A DNA stretch of 62,998 nucleotides, the filler included, from Octopus bimaculoides (Eukaryota): the NCBI RefSeq assembly GCF_001194135.2. It is 5 parts of 5 records of this genome, joined end to end, with 100 filler letters (N's around TTAATTAATTAA, not from the genome) between each part and the next. Parts side by side here need not be neighbours in the genome. Positions count along the whole stretch, not along the records: positions 1 to 7,164 come from NC_068987.1; positions 7,265 to 21,830 come from NC_068994.1; 3 more parts are not named here. One strand, written 5' to 3'. The translations under genes were made by a program, and so were the position numbers. The first letter of the stretch is position 1. Every line of letters starts with the position of its first letter. Positions 1 through 11,996 of this stretch are shown in pieces. The notes under the pieces are model-generated. The model was not told the origin of the DNA, searched no databases, and was given only the letters and a program-made list of their open reading frames with translations.

Positions 1-234
1 TGGTGGTGGTGGTGGTGGTGGTGGTGGTGGTGGTGGTGATCATGATGGTTTTGTAGATTTATCTGCGTTTGACGTTTTTAAACGTTTACGCTGTTGCTTT
101 TTTTTTTATTGTCGTTATTGCATTTAATGTTGCTGTTGTTGATGCAACTGTTGCTGTTGCTGCACTTGTTATTATTGCAGTTATATGTTGTTATTGTTGT
201 AACTGTTTCTTATTGCCATTGTTGTTGCTGCTTG

Positions 235-270
<36 letters not shown>

Positions 271-882
271 CGTTCCTGTTGATTTTTCTACGTGTATTTC
301 GCTTTCCTGTAGTGACACATTAAAACTACCACCAACGACACTACCACCTCTACCATCACCTCCGTTTAACTAAAAACAACAATAATAGCTGTAACAACAA
401 CTATTACAACTTCTACTACAACTACAACAACAAATACTGCTGCTGCTGCTGCTGCTGCTATTACACCACAAAAACCATTTCCCACCATTCCACAAAAATG
501 ACTATACGTGTACCACCACCAACAACAACAACAATAACACCAAGCATATTAATGAACGCTCCATCTGCTAGAAATAATACCCAAGTCTCACTTAAATCAT
601 ATTCTATCGTGTTGCAATTCTACCGAGTACGTGATGGCCATGGCTAGAATGTATATTATCACAGTTCTGTTCTCTCAGGGCTGATTTGGGGCTAAAGATC
701 AATAACAGGAACCGCAAGAGTTAGCAACTACAGCAGTAGGACTATTACTACCACCACTATTACAACACTCGTTAATACCATACCACCACTATAACTACAG
801 CCAACGAAAACTACAAAAAACGGGTTCAAAGATCCTTCCTAAGCCGTGGGCTTATAAGGCCAGTTCTCCGGATTCTGTAACA

Positions 883-1135
883 CAGTGGTTCTCAACTGGG
901 ATTCATATGACCCTTGGGGGTCCATATAAGATTTTGTTGTTAAATTTTATGTGCAATAACTTGTTTATACTTCTATAGAACACAAAATATTTTAACAATT
1001 TTTTAAATACAATTCCTAATAATAAGTAATTATAAAAATATATGATTTTTTTAAACGTTGAATGGCTTGAAGGGCCCATCTGAGTAAAATAGGAATCAAA
1101 AGGGTCCATAGACAAAGAACGGTTGAGAAAGACTA
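883..1135. mobile_element. Non-autonomous hAT (Charlie-like) MITE
   Basis: Starts CAGTGGTTCTCAAC, ends GTTGAGAAAGACTA (degenerate TIR). 8-bp flanks CTGTAACA (875-882) and CTGTAACG (1136-1143). Confidence 0.75.
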
Positions 1136-1149
1136 CTGTAACGTATATA

Positions 1150-1577
1150 TTCCCTCCATCCTGGATGGAACGCCAGTACGTCGCAGCATTACTCGTCTTT
1201 TGCCAGTAGAGTGGACTTGAGGAATGTGAAATGAAGTGTTTTGGTCAAGAACACAATCCATCGCCCTGTCCAGGAATCGAAACCACAATATTCTTTTCTT
1301 TTCTATTCTAGGCACAACGCCCGAAATATTTTGGGGAAGGGCGCCAGTCGATTAGATCGACTCCAGTACGCAAATTGGTACTTAATTTATCGACCCCGAA
1401 AGGATGAAAAGCAAAGTCGACCTCGGCGGAATTTGAACTCAGAACGTACAGACAGACGAAATACCGCTAAGCATTTCGCCCGGCGTGCTAACGTTTCTGC
1501 CAGCTCGCCGCTTTAGAAACCACAATATTACAATCATGATTGCAACAACCTAACCATTAAACCACGCACCTCCACAG
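1150..1577 (-). mobile_element. tRNA-derived SINE with V-domain-like core, interrupted by a family A SINE
   Basis: Homologous to the copy at 2191-2443. The sequence resumes after the insert at 1293-1515, which is flanked by a GAAACCACAATATT duplication. Confidence 0.7.
1293..1515 (-). mobile_element. SINE family A (MetaSINE-like core), full length with 14-bp TSD
   Basis: Reverse complement of the abundant GAGCTGGCAGAAACGTTAGC...GTTCTGAGTTCAAATTCCGCCGAGGTCGACTTTGCCTTTCATCCTTTCGGGGTCGAT family. Perfect TSD at 1279-1292 and 1516-1529. Confidence 0.9.
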
Positions 1578-1612
1578 CGAATAACAAGCGCCTCTAATAT
1601 TCTAAGCAACCT

Positions 1613-1770
1613 GGTGAGCTGGCAGAAACGTTAGCATTCCGGGCTAAATGCTTAGCGGTATTTCGTCTGTCTTTACGTTCTGAGTTCAAATCCCGCCGAG
1701 GTCGACTTTGCCTTTCATCCTTTCGGGGTCGATAGATTAAGTACCAGTTGTGCCTAGAGTAGAAAAGAAT
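1613..1770 (+). mobile_element. SINE family A
   Basis: Head GGTGAGCTGGCAGAAACGTTAGC, B-box-like GTTCTGAGTTCAAATCCC and the family core. Confidence 0.85.
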
Positions 1771-2190
1771 ACTCTAAGCACCCACACTAGAACCACGATC
1801 AATTCGAGCACCATAGACATAACAATAGCTATTCTAACTACCGCCACTGGTACTACCAGACCCACTATTGTCATTGCAGCCATAATCATTGTGGAAACCA
1901 TTACATTTATAGCTATGACGGTCACATCTATCACAGCTACAACCAGAACAACCACAACACAACAAAATGTTGTTACTACCATCAGAAGTATCCCAACAGC
2001 AACCATCACAACACAACTATCGCAATTACGACCCTCACAATCATATCATCAAGGATCACAACGAAAACCTTCATAACCACAACTGTTGCAACTACAACCA
2101 CTACACACACACACACACACACACACATACACACACACAAACACAAACGCAATCATTACAATTAACACTAACCACTGCACTTACTAACAT

Positions 2191-2443
2191 CTCTTCTCTT
2201 TCCGCCCTTTTAAAGCCTAGCCAGGCTCATGGGCCCGGTTTCCCGGTTTCAATGGCGTATGTGTTCCCCAGCTGGACGGGACGCCAGTCCATCGCAGCGT
2301 TACTCACTTTTGCCAGCTGAGTGGACTGGAGCAACGTGAAATGAAGTGTTTTGCTCAAGAACACAACGCGTCGCCCGGTCCAGGAATCGAAACCACAATC
2401 TTACGATCATGATGCTGACAACCACTAAGCCACGCGACTCCAC
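2191..2443 (-). mobile_element. tRNA-derived SINE with V-domain-like core
   Basis: Minus strand reads GGAGTCGCGTGGCTTAGTGGT...GGTTTCGATTCC (A/B boxes), then CTGCGATGGACTGGCGTCCCGTCCAG, resembling the V-SINE central motif as I recall it. Confidence 0.7.
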
Positions 2444-2754
2444 ACTTACTAGCATCACTACTACTATTACCGCAATTATTACCAATGGAATTACGGTCAT
2501 CAGCCTAATTAAGCACAGAACCACCACCATCACAACCACCACTTTTACCACAATGACCACGAGAACCACAAACACTAACACAACCTGAGCCATCGCAACT
2601 GCAACCTCAACCACCATTTCAGCTACCACAGCAACTGTGACAACTACTGTAATAATCACGCCACGTTGCGATGGAATTGCTTTTTGAAATGGAGTCAAAC
2701 GATTGAGAGAATGGATGTCTCTGAATAAAATGAGGAACTCAGGAGGAGAAATAG

Positions 2755-3480
2755 AGATAAAAAGAGAGAGAGAGAGAGAGGGGGGAAAATCGGAAATCGG
2801 AAAATAGTTTGTGGTGACGGCGGCGGTGGATAGGGTTAAAGATGATGGGAGCTGGTGTGAAGCTAGAGAAAAAGAGGGAAACAGAGAGAAGTGGAGAGAA
2901 AGAGAGAAGGAAGAGAGAGAGAGAGAAGGAAGAGAGAGAGAGAGAGAGAAGGAAGAGAGAGAGAGAGAGAGAAGGTTACAAGAAAGGACACAACGAATAG
3001 GCGAGGAGGAAGGATGCAAATGAAAATGCGTTGGAGGAGTGAGGAGAGAGAGAGAGAGTATTAAGAGAGAGTGGGGAGCTAAGAATGTAGGTGGAGGATG
3101 TATTAAGGGAAATGGGATGAGATGGAAAACCTGAAGCGATAGGAACGATATCGGGAGGAGAGAAGAGAAATGGATAGAAGTGGAGAAAGTCGAAATTAAA
3201 ATGTAAAGAAAGAGATAAGGTAACTGATCAAGGAAATGCAGGAGAGGGCAAATAAAGGGGAAAGAGAAAGAGAGAGAGAGAGGGGGAGTGTTGGGGTGGA
3301 GGGAAGAGAGAAAGACGGAGTAGGATTAGTAAGAATGGTAAATTGTGAAATACGGATAAATCAAGTTGGTGAGGGTGGCGGAGAGAGAAAGAGAAGTGTG
3401 ACGGGGGAAAGTAGAATGATGAAGAGAGGGGGGGGAGTCAGGAATCGGAGAGTTTGAGTTAGAGAGTAAGAGATGAGGGA
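2755..3480. repeat. (GA)n-rich polypurine low-complexity tract
   Basis: Runs of AGAGAG interspersed with GGA/GAA. The ORFs over it are low-complexity. Confidence 0.8.
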
Positions 3481-4485
3481 ATCAAGGTGTGAATGTGGAT
3501 GGTCGTGATGGAGACGGCGGCGACGAGGATGACGTGGTGGTGGTGGTGGTGGCGGGCGGGGNNNNNNNNNNNNNNNNNNNNNNNNNNNNNNNNNNNNNNN
3601 NNNNNNNNNNNNNNNNNNNNNNNNNNNNNNNNNNNNNNNNNNNNNNNNNNNNNNNNNNNNNNNNNNNNNNNNNNNNNNNNNNNNNNNNNNNNNNNNNNNN
3701 NNNNNNNNNNNNNNNNNNNNNNNNNNNNNNNNNNNNNNNNNNNNNNNNNNNNNNNNNNNNNNNNNNNNNNNNNNNNNNNNNNNNNNNNNNNNNNNNNNNN
3801 NNNNNNNNNNNNNNNNNNNNNNNNNNNNNNNNNNNNNNNNNNNNNNNNNNNNNNNNNNNNNNNNNNNNNNNNNNNNNNNNNNNNNNNNNNNNNNNNNNNN
3901 NNNNNNNNNNNNNNNNNNNNNNNNNNNNNNNNNNNNNNNNNNNNNNNNNNNNNNNNNNNNNNNNNNNNNNNNNNNNNNNNNNNNNNNNNNNNNNNNNNNN
4001 NNNNNNNNNNNNNNNNNNNNNNNNNNNNNNNNNNNNNNNNNNNNNNNNNNNNNNNNNNNNNNNNNNNNNNNNNNNNNNNNNNNNNNNNNNNNNNNNNNNN
4101 NNNNNNNNNNNNNNNNNNNNNNNNNNNNNNNNNNNNNNNNNNNNNNNNNNNNNNNNNNNNNNNNNNNNNNNNNNNNNNNNNNNNAGAAGAAGAAGAAGAA
4201 GAAGAAGAAGAAGAAGAAAAACAAAATAGAAGGCAGATGAAAATGAAAGAAAAAAAGAAAAAATATTACTAAAAATGTAGGAGTAGGAGGAGAGTGGAGA
4301 AGAAGAAGAAGAAGAAGAAGAAGAAGAAGAAGAAGAAGAAGAAGAAGAAGAAGAAGAAGAAGAAATGCATACATACAAATAGCCGAAAAAGCCAAGAAAA
4401 TATATTGCAACATATATTAAAAGATATATCAAATCGAAGAAGTGACAATACATACAACAAGAATAAACACGACTGCTGGTTGGTT

Positions 4486-4527
<42 letters not shown>

Positions 4528-4543
4528 CTAGTAGTAGTAGTAC

Positions 4544-4578
<35 letters not shown>

Positions 4579-6098
4579 CATTACAAGAATGAATTAGACT
4601 TTAACTGTGCTGTGAGTGCACTAGAGTGCAGTTATGACTGCTACGAATGTGGGTCATTCATTTTTATATGAGAGATTATCGCATTTGACATGCTATAAAG
4701 GCGATTGTTTTGTATGTGTCTTTTCGTAAGTGCTTACATATATGCGTGTCTCTATATGAATGTGTTCATACATACATATATACATACACACATACATACA
4801 TACATACATACATACATACATACATTCATATATATATATATATANNNNNNNNNNNNNNNNNNNNNNNNNNNNNNNNNNNNNNNNNNNNNNNNNNNNNNNN
4901 NNNNNNNNNNNNNNNNNNNNNNNNNNNNNNNNNNNNNNNNNNNNNNNNNNNNNNNNNNNNNNNNNNNNNNNNNNNNNNNNNNNNNNNNNNNNNNNNNNNN
5001 NNNNNNNNNNNNNNNNNNNNNNNNATATAGTGTTTGTGTGCTTTGTCAAACGTTTATGCTTACCTTCGAAGAAAAATGTAATCAATACATAAAGTAGAGC
5101 CTGTACATTCATATTTTATTAAAAGCTGAAGCTTCTTGAATCAATGCTTCTAGTTTCATATTGCCGATTATTCAAACGATTGATAATGTGAAGCTGCGTG
5201 ACAACGTATTTACAAACATATTCGTAAACGCATCGAAGTATGGTTATTCATCCCAGTTTTGATTAGTTGTGAATGAAAAAACGTCGTGCAGTGTCTGTAA
5301 CCATACACACAATCCGTGTTAAATTGATCCATTCACATGCGAAAATATGATATTTCTATGTCAATAGTATCATGTGTGTAAAATACACAGAAGCAACTAA
5401 TTTAGAATTAATGTTTAACTGAATGTATATTAGTTTTTCAATGCGTAGCCATTCTTCAGATGAAGGTTTATTTATTATGTGAGAAATAAACTATTTTAAG
5501 CCAGTTTTGTATTTATAAATTCTTCCCTAACATACGGTGGAAATGCTTCCATGTCTTCCCCAATTCAAGTATTTCGCTCGAAACTGAAAACGACTGTAAT
5601 AGGATGTTAGGTTTTTCTTACAGACAAAATGTCTTCCGAATTTATTGTACGTTTTAGCAAAGATTCCATTCTGCAGAGTTTGGTCTTTACTGTGATAACG
5701 GACTATTTTTATGTGGTATGAATGGTTACACAATGGATGCTACTATAGAGAAATTCTTTAAGATATCCCAAAAGATAGATTTAAAGGACACGGTAATTAT
5801 GAATTTGTAGTTTCTTAGATATAAGTAAAAACTGCTCTTAAAGTGAATCTTGTCAGAATTGTAGCATATTCAAATAAATTCTAACCATTCACCAATAATC
5901 CGTAGAAACTAAAATAATAGTAGTGAGACTATATCCAGCTTATTCTGTAACCAAGGAATCTATAACAGTATTGTTCATTATAACAGCAGTATATTAAAAG
6001 ATGGTGCTTTTATAGATAAAGCACAATATATACAGAACAGTACTAATACACAAAAGTGCAAAGGTAAGGAAAGAAATATATGGTTTCATTCTCCATAT

Positions 6099-6385
6099 AG
6101 ACGCAGGAGTGGCTGTGTGGCAAGTAGCTTGCTTACCAACCACATAGTTCCGGGTTCAATCCCACTGCGTGGCACCTTGGGCAAGTGTGTTCTACTATAG
6201 CCTCGAGCTGACCTAGGCCTTGTGAGTGGATTCTGGTAGACAGAAACTGAAAGAAGCCCGTCGTATATGTATGTGTGTATGTGTGTGTGTGTGTGTGTTT
6301 GTATTTCTGTGTTTGTAACCCCACCATCGCTTGACAACTGATGTTGTTGTATTTACAGCCACGTAACTTAGCGGTACGGCAAAAA
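6099..6385 (+). mobile_element. SINE family B (tRNA head, CORE-like CCTTGGGCAAG, internal (TG)n)
   Basis: GGAGTGGCTGTGTGG...CCGGGTTCAATCCC...CACCTTGGGCAAGTG...AGAAACTGAAAGAAGCCCGTCG, followed by a microsatellite. Confidence 0.85.
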
Positions 6386-6575
6386 AGAATAAAGTTTACA
6401 TTTTTTGTGAAGAATTCAAAAGAATGGAATTTATGTTAATGTGTGTCAGCCGTTATCTTTATTATATTCTATTTGTGTAGTGAGAACCGAACCGTATAAT
6501 TTTTTATGCTTATTTCTACATTAATAAGACATTGTTATTATTATTATTAAGTGAGTGAGCAGTGATTGCCATCAA

Positions 6576-6635
<60 letters not shown>

Positions 6636-6963
6636 TGGTTTGACTCAGGTTCGGTCTTATTCCTGATAGCGGTAGCGGGTTACTACCTTTAACCTTAACT
6701 ATCAACAAGTTTGCAGCAGCCTTTCAAGTGCTTAGGACCCTCCTGATAATCCTTGCTGTTCCTAAGAGGCAAACTTTCTGTAGAAGCTCTACAGGGCATT
6801 CTATTCTAATCTTCTTTAGCCATTTGTCTATATCTTTGCTTACAACTCTCATACTCCAAATACTTCCTATTTCAAGTTTTAAGGGGTTGTATTGTTTTTG
6901 TTTTTCGTCCTCATTCTTTATGATCCTGGAATCAAACGGGCATGATGAGTCGATTAGTAAGCA

Positions 6964-6965
<2 letters not shown>
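6636..6965 (-). mobile_element. 3' end of an R4/Dong-type non-LTR retrotransposon (restriction-like endonuclease C-terminus)
   Basis: Minus frame LLIDSSCPFDSRIIKNEDEKQKQYNPLKLEIGSIW...LQKVCLLGTARIIRRVLST*, then a short 3' UTR running into (TAA)n at about 6575-6635. Confidence 0.8.
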
Positions 6966-7002
<37 letters not shown>

Positions 7003-7063
7003 GCTGTTGTTGTTGTTGTTGTCGTCGTCGTCGTCGTCGCGCTGTTGCTGCTGCTGCTCTTGT

Positions 7064-7164
7064 AAGGGCAGTGAGCTGGCAGAATCATTAACATACCGGG
7101 CTAAATGCTCAGCGGCATTTTCTCCGTCTTTAACATCAGGGTTCAAATTCCACCGAGATCGACC
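7064..7164 (+). mobile_element. SINE family A, cut by a gap
   Basis: GTGAGCTGGCAGAATCATTAAC...GGGTTCAAATTCCACCGAGATCGAC, then N. Confidence 0.8.
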
Positions 7165-8499
7165 NNNNNNNNNNNNNNNNNNNNNNNNNNNNNNNNNNNN
7201 NNNNNNNNTTAATTAATTAANNNNNNNNNNNNNNNNNNNNNNNNNNNNNNNNNNNNNNNNNNNNGTACGTACGCAATACATACATAAAACATATATACTT
7301 ATGTACGAACGTACGTACGTACATACATATATACATGCATACATACATACGTACGTACGTACGTACATACATACAAACATACATACATACATAATACATA
7401 CATGCATACATATATACATACATACGTACATACATACATACATGCAAACATACATACATACATGCAAACATACATACATAGCACAATCATCAACCTCACT
7501 ACGATGACTAGCACTACCAATACCACTAAAAGAACTACCACCATCACCAACATTACCACTACTGCTGTCATCAACAACAGTAGCACGTATACCACCACTA
7601 CGAGTGCCATCAACACCACTACTTCCACTACCATTTATACCACCGCCGTAACCATCAGCAGCACTACAAACAAGAACACCACCTCCTCTAACACTCTCAA
7701 AATCCATATTATCAGTATCACCACCATCGCTAAAAACACCATTATGTTGATAGTAGTAGTGGTGGTGGTGGTTGTGGTGGTGGTGGTGGTNNNNNNNNNN
7801 GTGGTGAAAGCGGTGACGGTGATGACGATGATGATTGTAACGCTGACGGAGACAGCGGTCTCTTTCAAAAATATGTAGGGCACAACGGATAATGTAGTCT
7901 TAAATTACACTGCTTGAATAACAGACTTGGTGGGTATGGCTGGAACGCCTTTGATCATAGATCTGGGCTTGTAGCCAGCCAGCAACAAACAACAACGACG
8001 ACAACAACAACAAAAACAACAGCTAACAAGCGACCAGGCTGTGTCAAATCACAGCTAACAACATTACCAACCGCAACCACGGCTAACGACGGTACCCCCG
8101 ACAACCGCAACATCCATCAACACTAGTTCGAGCCCACCCAACCACGACCAAACCCTGACCTTTGCAACCCCTCACCCGTTTTTCCTATACTGAACACCCC
8201 TAATCTACCCTCTCTCTCCCTCTCTCTTTTTCTCCACCACCGCCACCGCTAACCTTTACAATAAGAATCGATCTGTGAAAGTGTTATACCATTACCGAGT
8301 TAACACAGAGTATGTTATGTTATGGCTTCGCCTTTCACGAATATTAAAAATCAAAGTAAACACGGACCATATTTTCACAGAGGGTGGAGTACCGTTAAGA
8401 CATTACACCCGATAGGACAGCCTTGTTCACATACTGTCAATCATGCACTCGCACACACAACACCACACATAGACACACGTGTATGTGTGTGTGTGTGTG

Positions 8500-8540
<41 letters not shown>

Positions 8541-8939
8541 ATATATATATATATATATATNNNNNNNNNNNNNNNNNNNNNNNNNNNNNNNNNNNNNNNN
8601 NNNNNNNNNNNNNNNNNNNNNNNNNNNNNNNNNNNNNNNNNNNNNNNNNNNNNNNNNNNNNNNNNNNNNNNNNNNNNNNNNNNNNNNNNNNNNNNNNNNN
8701 NNNNNNNNNNNNNNNNNNNNNNNNNNNNNNNNNNNNNNNNNNNNNNNNNNNNNNNNNNNNNNNNNNNNNNNNNNNNNNNNNNNNNNNNNNNNNNNNNNNN
8801 NNNNNNNNNNNNNNNNNNNNNNNNNNNNNNNNNNNNNNNNNNNNNNNNNNNNNNNNNNNNNNNNNNNNNNNNNNNNNNNNNNNNNNNNNNNNNNNNNNNN
8901 NNNNNNNNNNNNNNNNNNNNNNNNNNNNNNNNNNNNNNN

Positions 8940-8985
<46 letters not shown>

Positions 8986-9589
8986 TGTGTGTGAGATATA
9001 CATGCATACATACATCTTATGTACTGCACGAACAAAAATAAGAGTTCTCAGTATAATGGTAGAGTGAAATATATATAACATAAGATAGTTCGTTAACGGT
9101 AATACATCGTCACTTCAAGTTTCCTGTTTTACAAATAAATGTTACAGAAAACTTTAAACAATATACTGAAATGTCCACAAAATATATTTGTTGGTAGTAA
9201 GCGGCCGGCGTTTCTGATAATGAATTCTTGGTTTAATATTGCAAATCGTATATAACACCGTCCCTAAAAAGCAACTTTGCAAAAGGCAGCCTCTAATATG
9301 ATAAAGCATAAGCATAAGCAAGTCGATTCAAAGAATGCTTATATCTCTAACGCTAACTTTCCATCAACCGATACAACGTCTCATTACAACATCATCAAGT
9401 TCACATCTTTTTGATGTTGTTTTTTTCAATAGTTTTCAGTCGTGGTAACTGATTGGCAATGACTGCAGTCTCTCATTGTTCTACAAAGCCCGTCCAGCAA
9501 CTTCAAACTGAACAACCAGCACAAATTTTCATCTTACTAAAAGAAAATCGTTAGCTTCTTTAGATGAGCATTTCCTATTCGGGCATCAG

Positions 9590-9810
9590 AGAGCATATGG
9601 CCTTGTTCTTAGGGTGTTGCACTCACGTTCGTGAGATCGTGGTTTCAATTGCTGGACAAGACTGTGCGTTGTTCTTGAGCGAAACTACTTCATCTCACGT
9701 TGCTCTGCGATCTCATCGACAACCTACGTGTAACTAACTGCACAGGCAATGTTGATTTGATGAACGGAGTGAGCTAATGTGCACCACATACATTTTATCA
9801 CTAGAAACGA
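9590..9810 (+). mobile_element. Degenerate tRNA-derived SINE
   Basis: ATGGCCTTGTTCTTAGGGTGTTGCACTC...GTGGTTTCAATT...TTCTTGAGCGAAACTACTTCATCTCACGTTGCTC resembles the heads at 11995 and 24231. Confidence 0.55.
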
Positions 9811-9816
9811 ATCCTT

Positions 9817-9975
9817 AAGGCAGCGAGCTGGCAGAAACGTTAGCACGCCGGGCGAAATGCTTAGCGGTATTTCGTCTGCTGCTACGTTCTGAGTTCAAAT
9901 TCCACCGAGGTCGACTTTGCCTTTCATCCTTTCGGGCTCGATTAAATAAGTACCAGTTACGCACTGGGGTAGATA
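9817..9975 (+). mobile_element. SINE family A
   Basis: Near-consensus copy. Confidence 0.9.
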
Positions 9976-10336
9976 TAAAAACAGTAAATTGCAAACTGTC
10001 TAAATTAGATCAGATATATTTACTAAATGCTGATACTTTGACAAGTATCACTTGTAATACTAGAACACCGTGCCACAACAACCCGAATTTATCTTTCACC
10101 ATCTCGGAGGTCGATAGAATAAAGTTGCAGAAAAGTACTGACGTCGCTGATATCACAAACCCTTCCCCTCAAAATTCAAATGTCGATCGAGATCGACTTT
10201 ACTTTTCAAGCTTTACGTGTTGATAAAATAAGTACCAGATGTTCACTGGTGTCGATGTAATCGACTTATCAACTCACCTTAATATTGCTCACTTTGTACC
10301 AAGAATTGGAACTATTATAATTATCATTATTATTAC

Positions 10337-10369
<33 letters not shown>

Positions 10370-10447
10370 CACCACAATCATCATTATTCGCCCTGGTGGC
10401 AAATAAATGAACTCATTCTTCTTCATCATCTTCTTCTTCTTCTTCTT

Positions 10448-10527
<80 letters not shown>

Positions 10528-10558
10528 CATCATCATTATTATTTGCTTTTTCGCTTAG

Positions 10559-10722
10559 ACGTATCGGTGACAATAACTTGGTGTGCGACTGTCACCTCAG
10601 CTGGTTGGCAATATGGCTGAGAAAGAACCCGCGACTGGGACTTTTTACCAAATGCTATGAACCCATGATTCTCAGGAATCAGGCCATAGAAGTGCTGCAG
10701 GCGAAGGATTTCAAATGTGCTG
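10559..10722 (+). CDS. slit: Slit coding exon (164 bp): last LRR and LRRCT cap of domain D1
   Basis: AG at 10557-58, GTAAG at 10723. Translates RIGDNNLVCDCHLSWLAIWLRKNPRLGLFTKCYEPMILRNQAIEVLQAKDFKCA(G), closely matching recalled vertebrate/fly Slit D1 LRRCT ([32 protein letters not shown]...EFVCS). Phase 2 in, phase 1 out. Confidence 0.95.
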
Positions 10723-10869
10723 GTAAGAAGGTTAATTTCTCCTTTTTTATATCCGTTTATAAGCAGTACAGTTTTTTTTTTGTTATTGTCGTTTTGTTGT
10801 GGTAATTGTTATCTATAGTTGCTATCGTTGATGTTATCGTTCGTGTCGTCGTCGTTGTTGTTGTGGTGG

Positions 10870-11282
10870 TAGTGGTAGTGTTGTAGTGGTAGTGTTGTAG
10901 TGGTAGTGTTGCAGTGGTAGTGTTGTAGTGGTAGTGTTGTAGTGGTAGTGTTGTAGTGGTAGTGTTGTTGTGGTAGTTTTGTAGTGGTAGTGTTGTAGTG
11001 GTAGTGTTGTAGTGGTAGTGTTGTAGTAGTAGTAGTGTTGTAGTGGTAGTGTTGTAGTGGTTGTTGTAGTGGTAGTGTTGTAGTGGTTGTTGTAGTGGTA
11101 GTGTTGTAGTGGTAGTGTTGTAGTGGTAGTGTTGTAGTGGTAGTGTTGTAGTGGTTGTGTTGTAGTGGTAGTTGTAGTGGTAGTGTTGTAGTGGTTGTGT
11201 TGTAGTGGTTGTTGTAGTGGTAGTGTTGTAGTGGTAGTGGTGCAGTGGTTGTTGTAGTGGTAGTGTTGTAGTGGTAGTGTTG
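10870..11282. repeat. 14-bp minisatellite (GTAGTGGTAGTGTT)n, about 30 units
   Basis: Unit read directly. It explains the 14-aa periodicity (TTTTTLPLQHYHYN) in the minus-strand ORFs. Confidence 0.9.
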
Positions 11283-11400
11283 TCGTGGTTCTTGTTTGTT
11301 GTTGTTGTTACTGCTGTCGTTGTTGACGTCATTGTCGTAGACGTTGTTGTTACTACTGTTTAGCCCCACCCCATGCTCAGCCTGGTTGAGGCCCAACATA

Positions 11401-11725
11401 CTATACCCTCGGGCCGACCAAAACCTAGTGAGTGGATTCCGTAGACGGAAACTGTAAGAAGCCCGTCGTATATACATATATCTGTGTGTGTGTCTTTGTG
11501 TCTGTCTTTGTCTCCCACCACTGCCTGATAACCGGTGTGGGTGTGTTTACGTCCCTGTAACTTAGCGGTTCGGCTAAGGAGACCAATATAATAAGTACCA
11601 GGCTGAACCAAAAAAAGAAATAATAATAATAATTACTAGAGTTGATTCATTTGACTAAAAATTCTTCTAGGCGGTGCCCCAGCATGGCCGCAGTCTAATG
11701 ACTGAAACAAGTAAAACAAGAGATA
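11401..11725 (+). mobile_element. SINE family B, 5' truncated
   Basis: CGGGCCGACCAAA...GGAAACTG...TAACTTAGCGGTTCGGC...GCGGTGCCCCAGCATGGCCGCAGTC...GAAACAAGTAAAA. Confidence 0.85.
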
Positions 11726-11932
11726 AAAATAGGTATAGTGCGCTCTGGACCACCATTCTCAATGTGTCCTTTAAAGTAGATTTGACTGGTGTTTCTGGAA
11801 GGTAAAGCTGTGGTTAAGAAGCACGCCTTGCAGCGACATCGTTTCAGGTTCAGTTCCACTACGCAGCATCTTGAGAAAGTGTTTTCTACTATAGCCCCAG
11901 GCCGACCAATACCTTGTGAATGTATAAATGTC

Positions 11933-11994
<62 letters not shown>

Positions 11995-11996
<2 letters not shown>

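Noticed and set aside
3361-4453. Long ORFs of 200-400 aa spanning N runs here and at many other gaps
   Set aside because: They are open only because N codons contain no stops; the called parts are microsatellites.
7209-7220. TTAATTAATTAA palindrome isolated between N runs (also 21875-21886, 34733-34744, 50239-50250)
   Set aside because: An identical 12-mer centred in similar-sized N blocks, with stops in all six frames, indicates a scaffolding spacer rather than biology.
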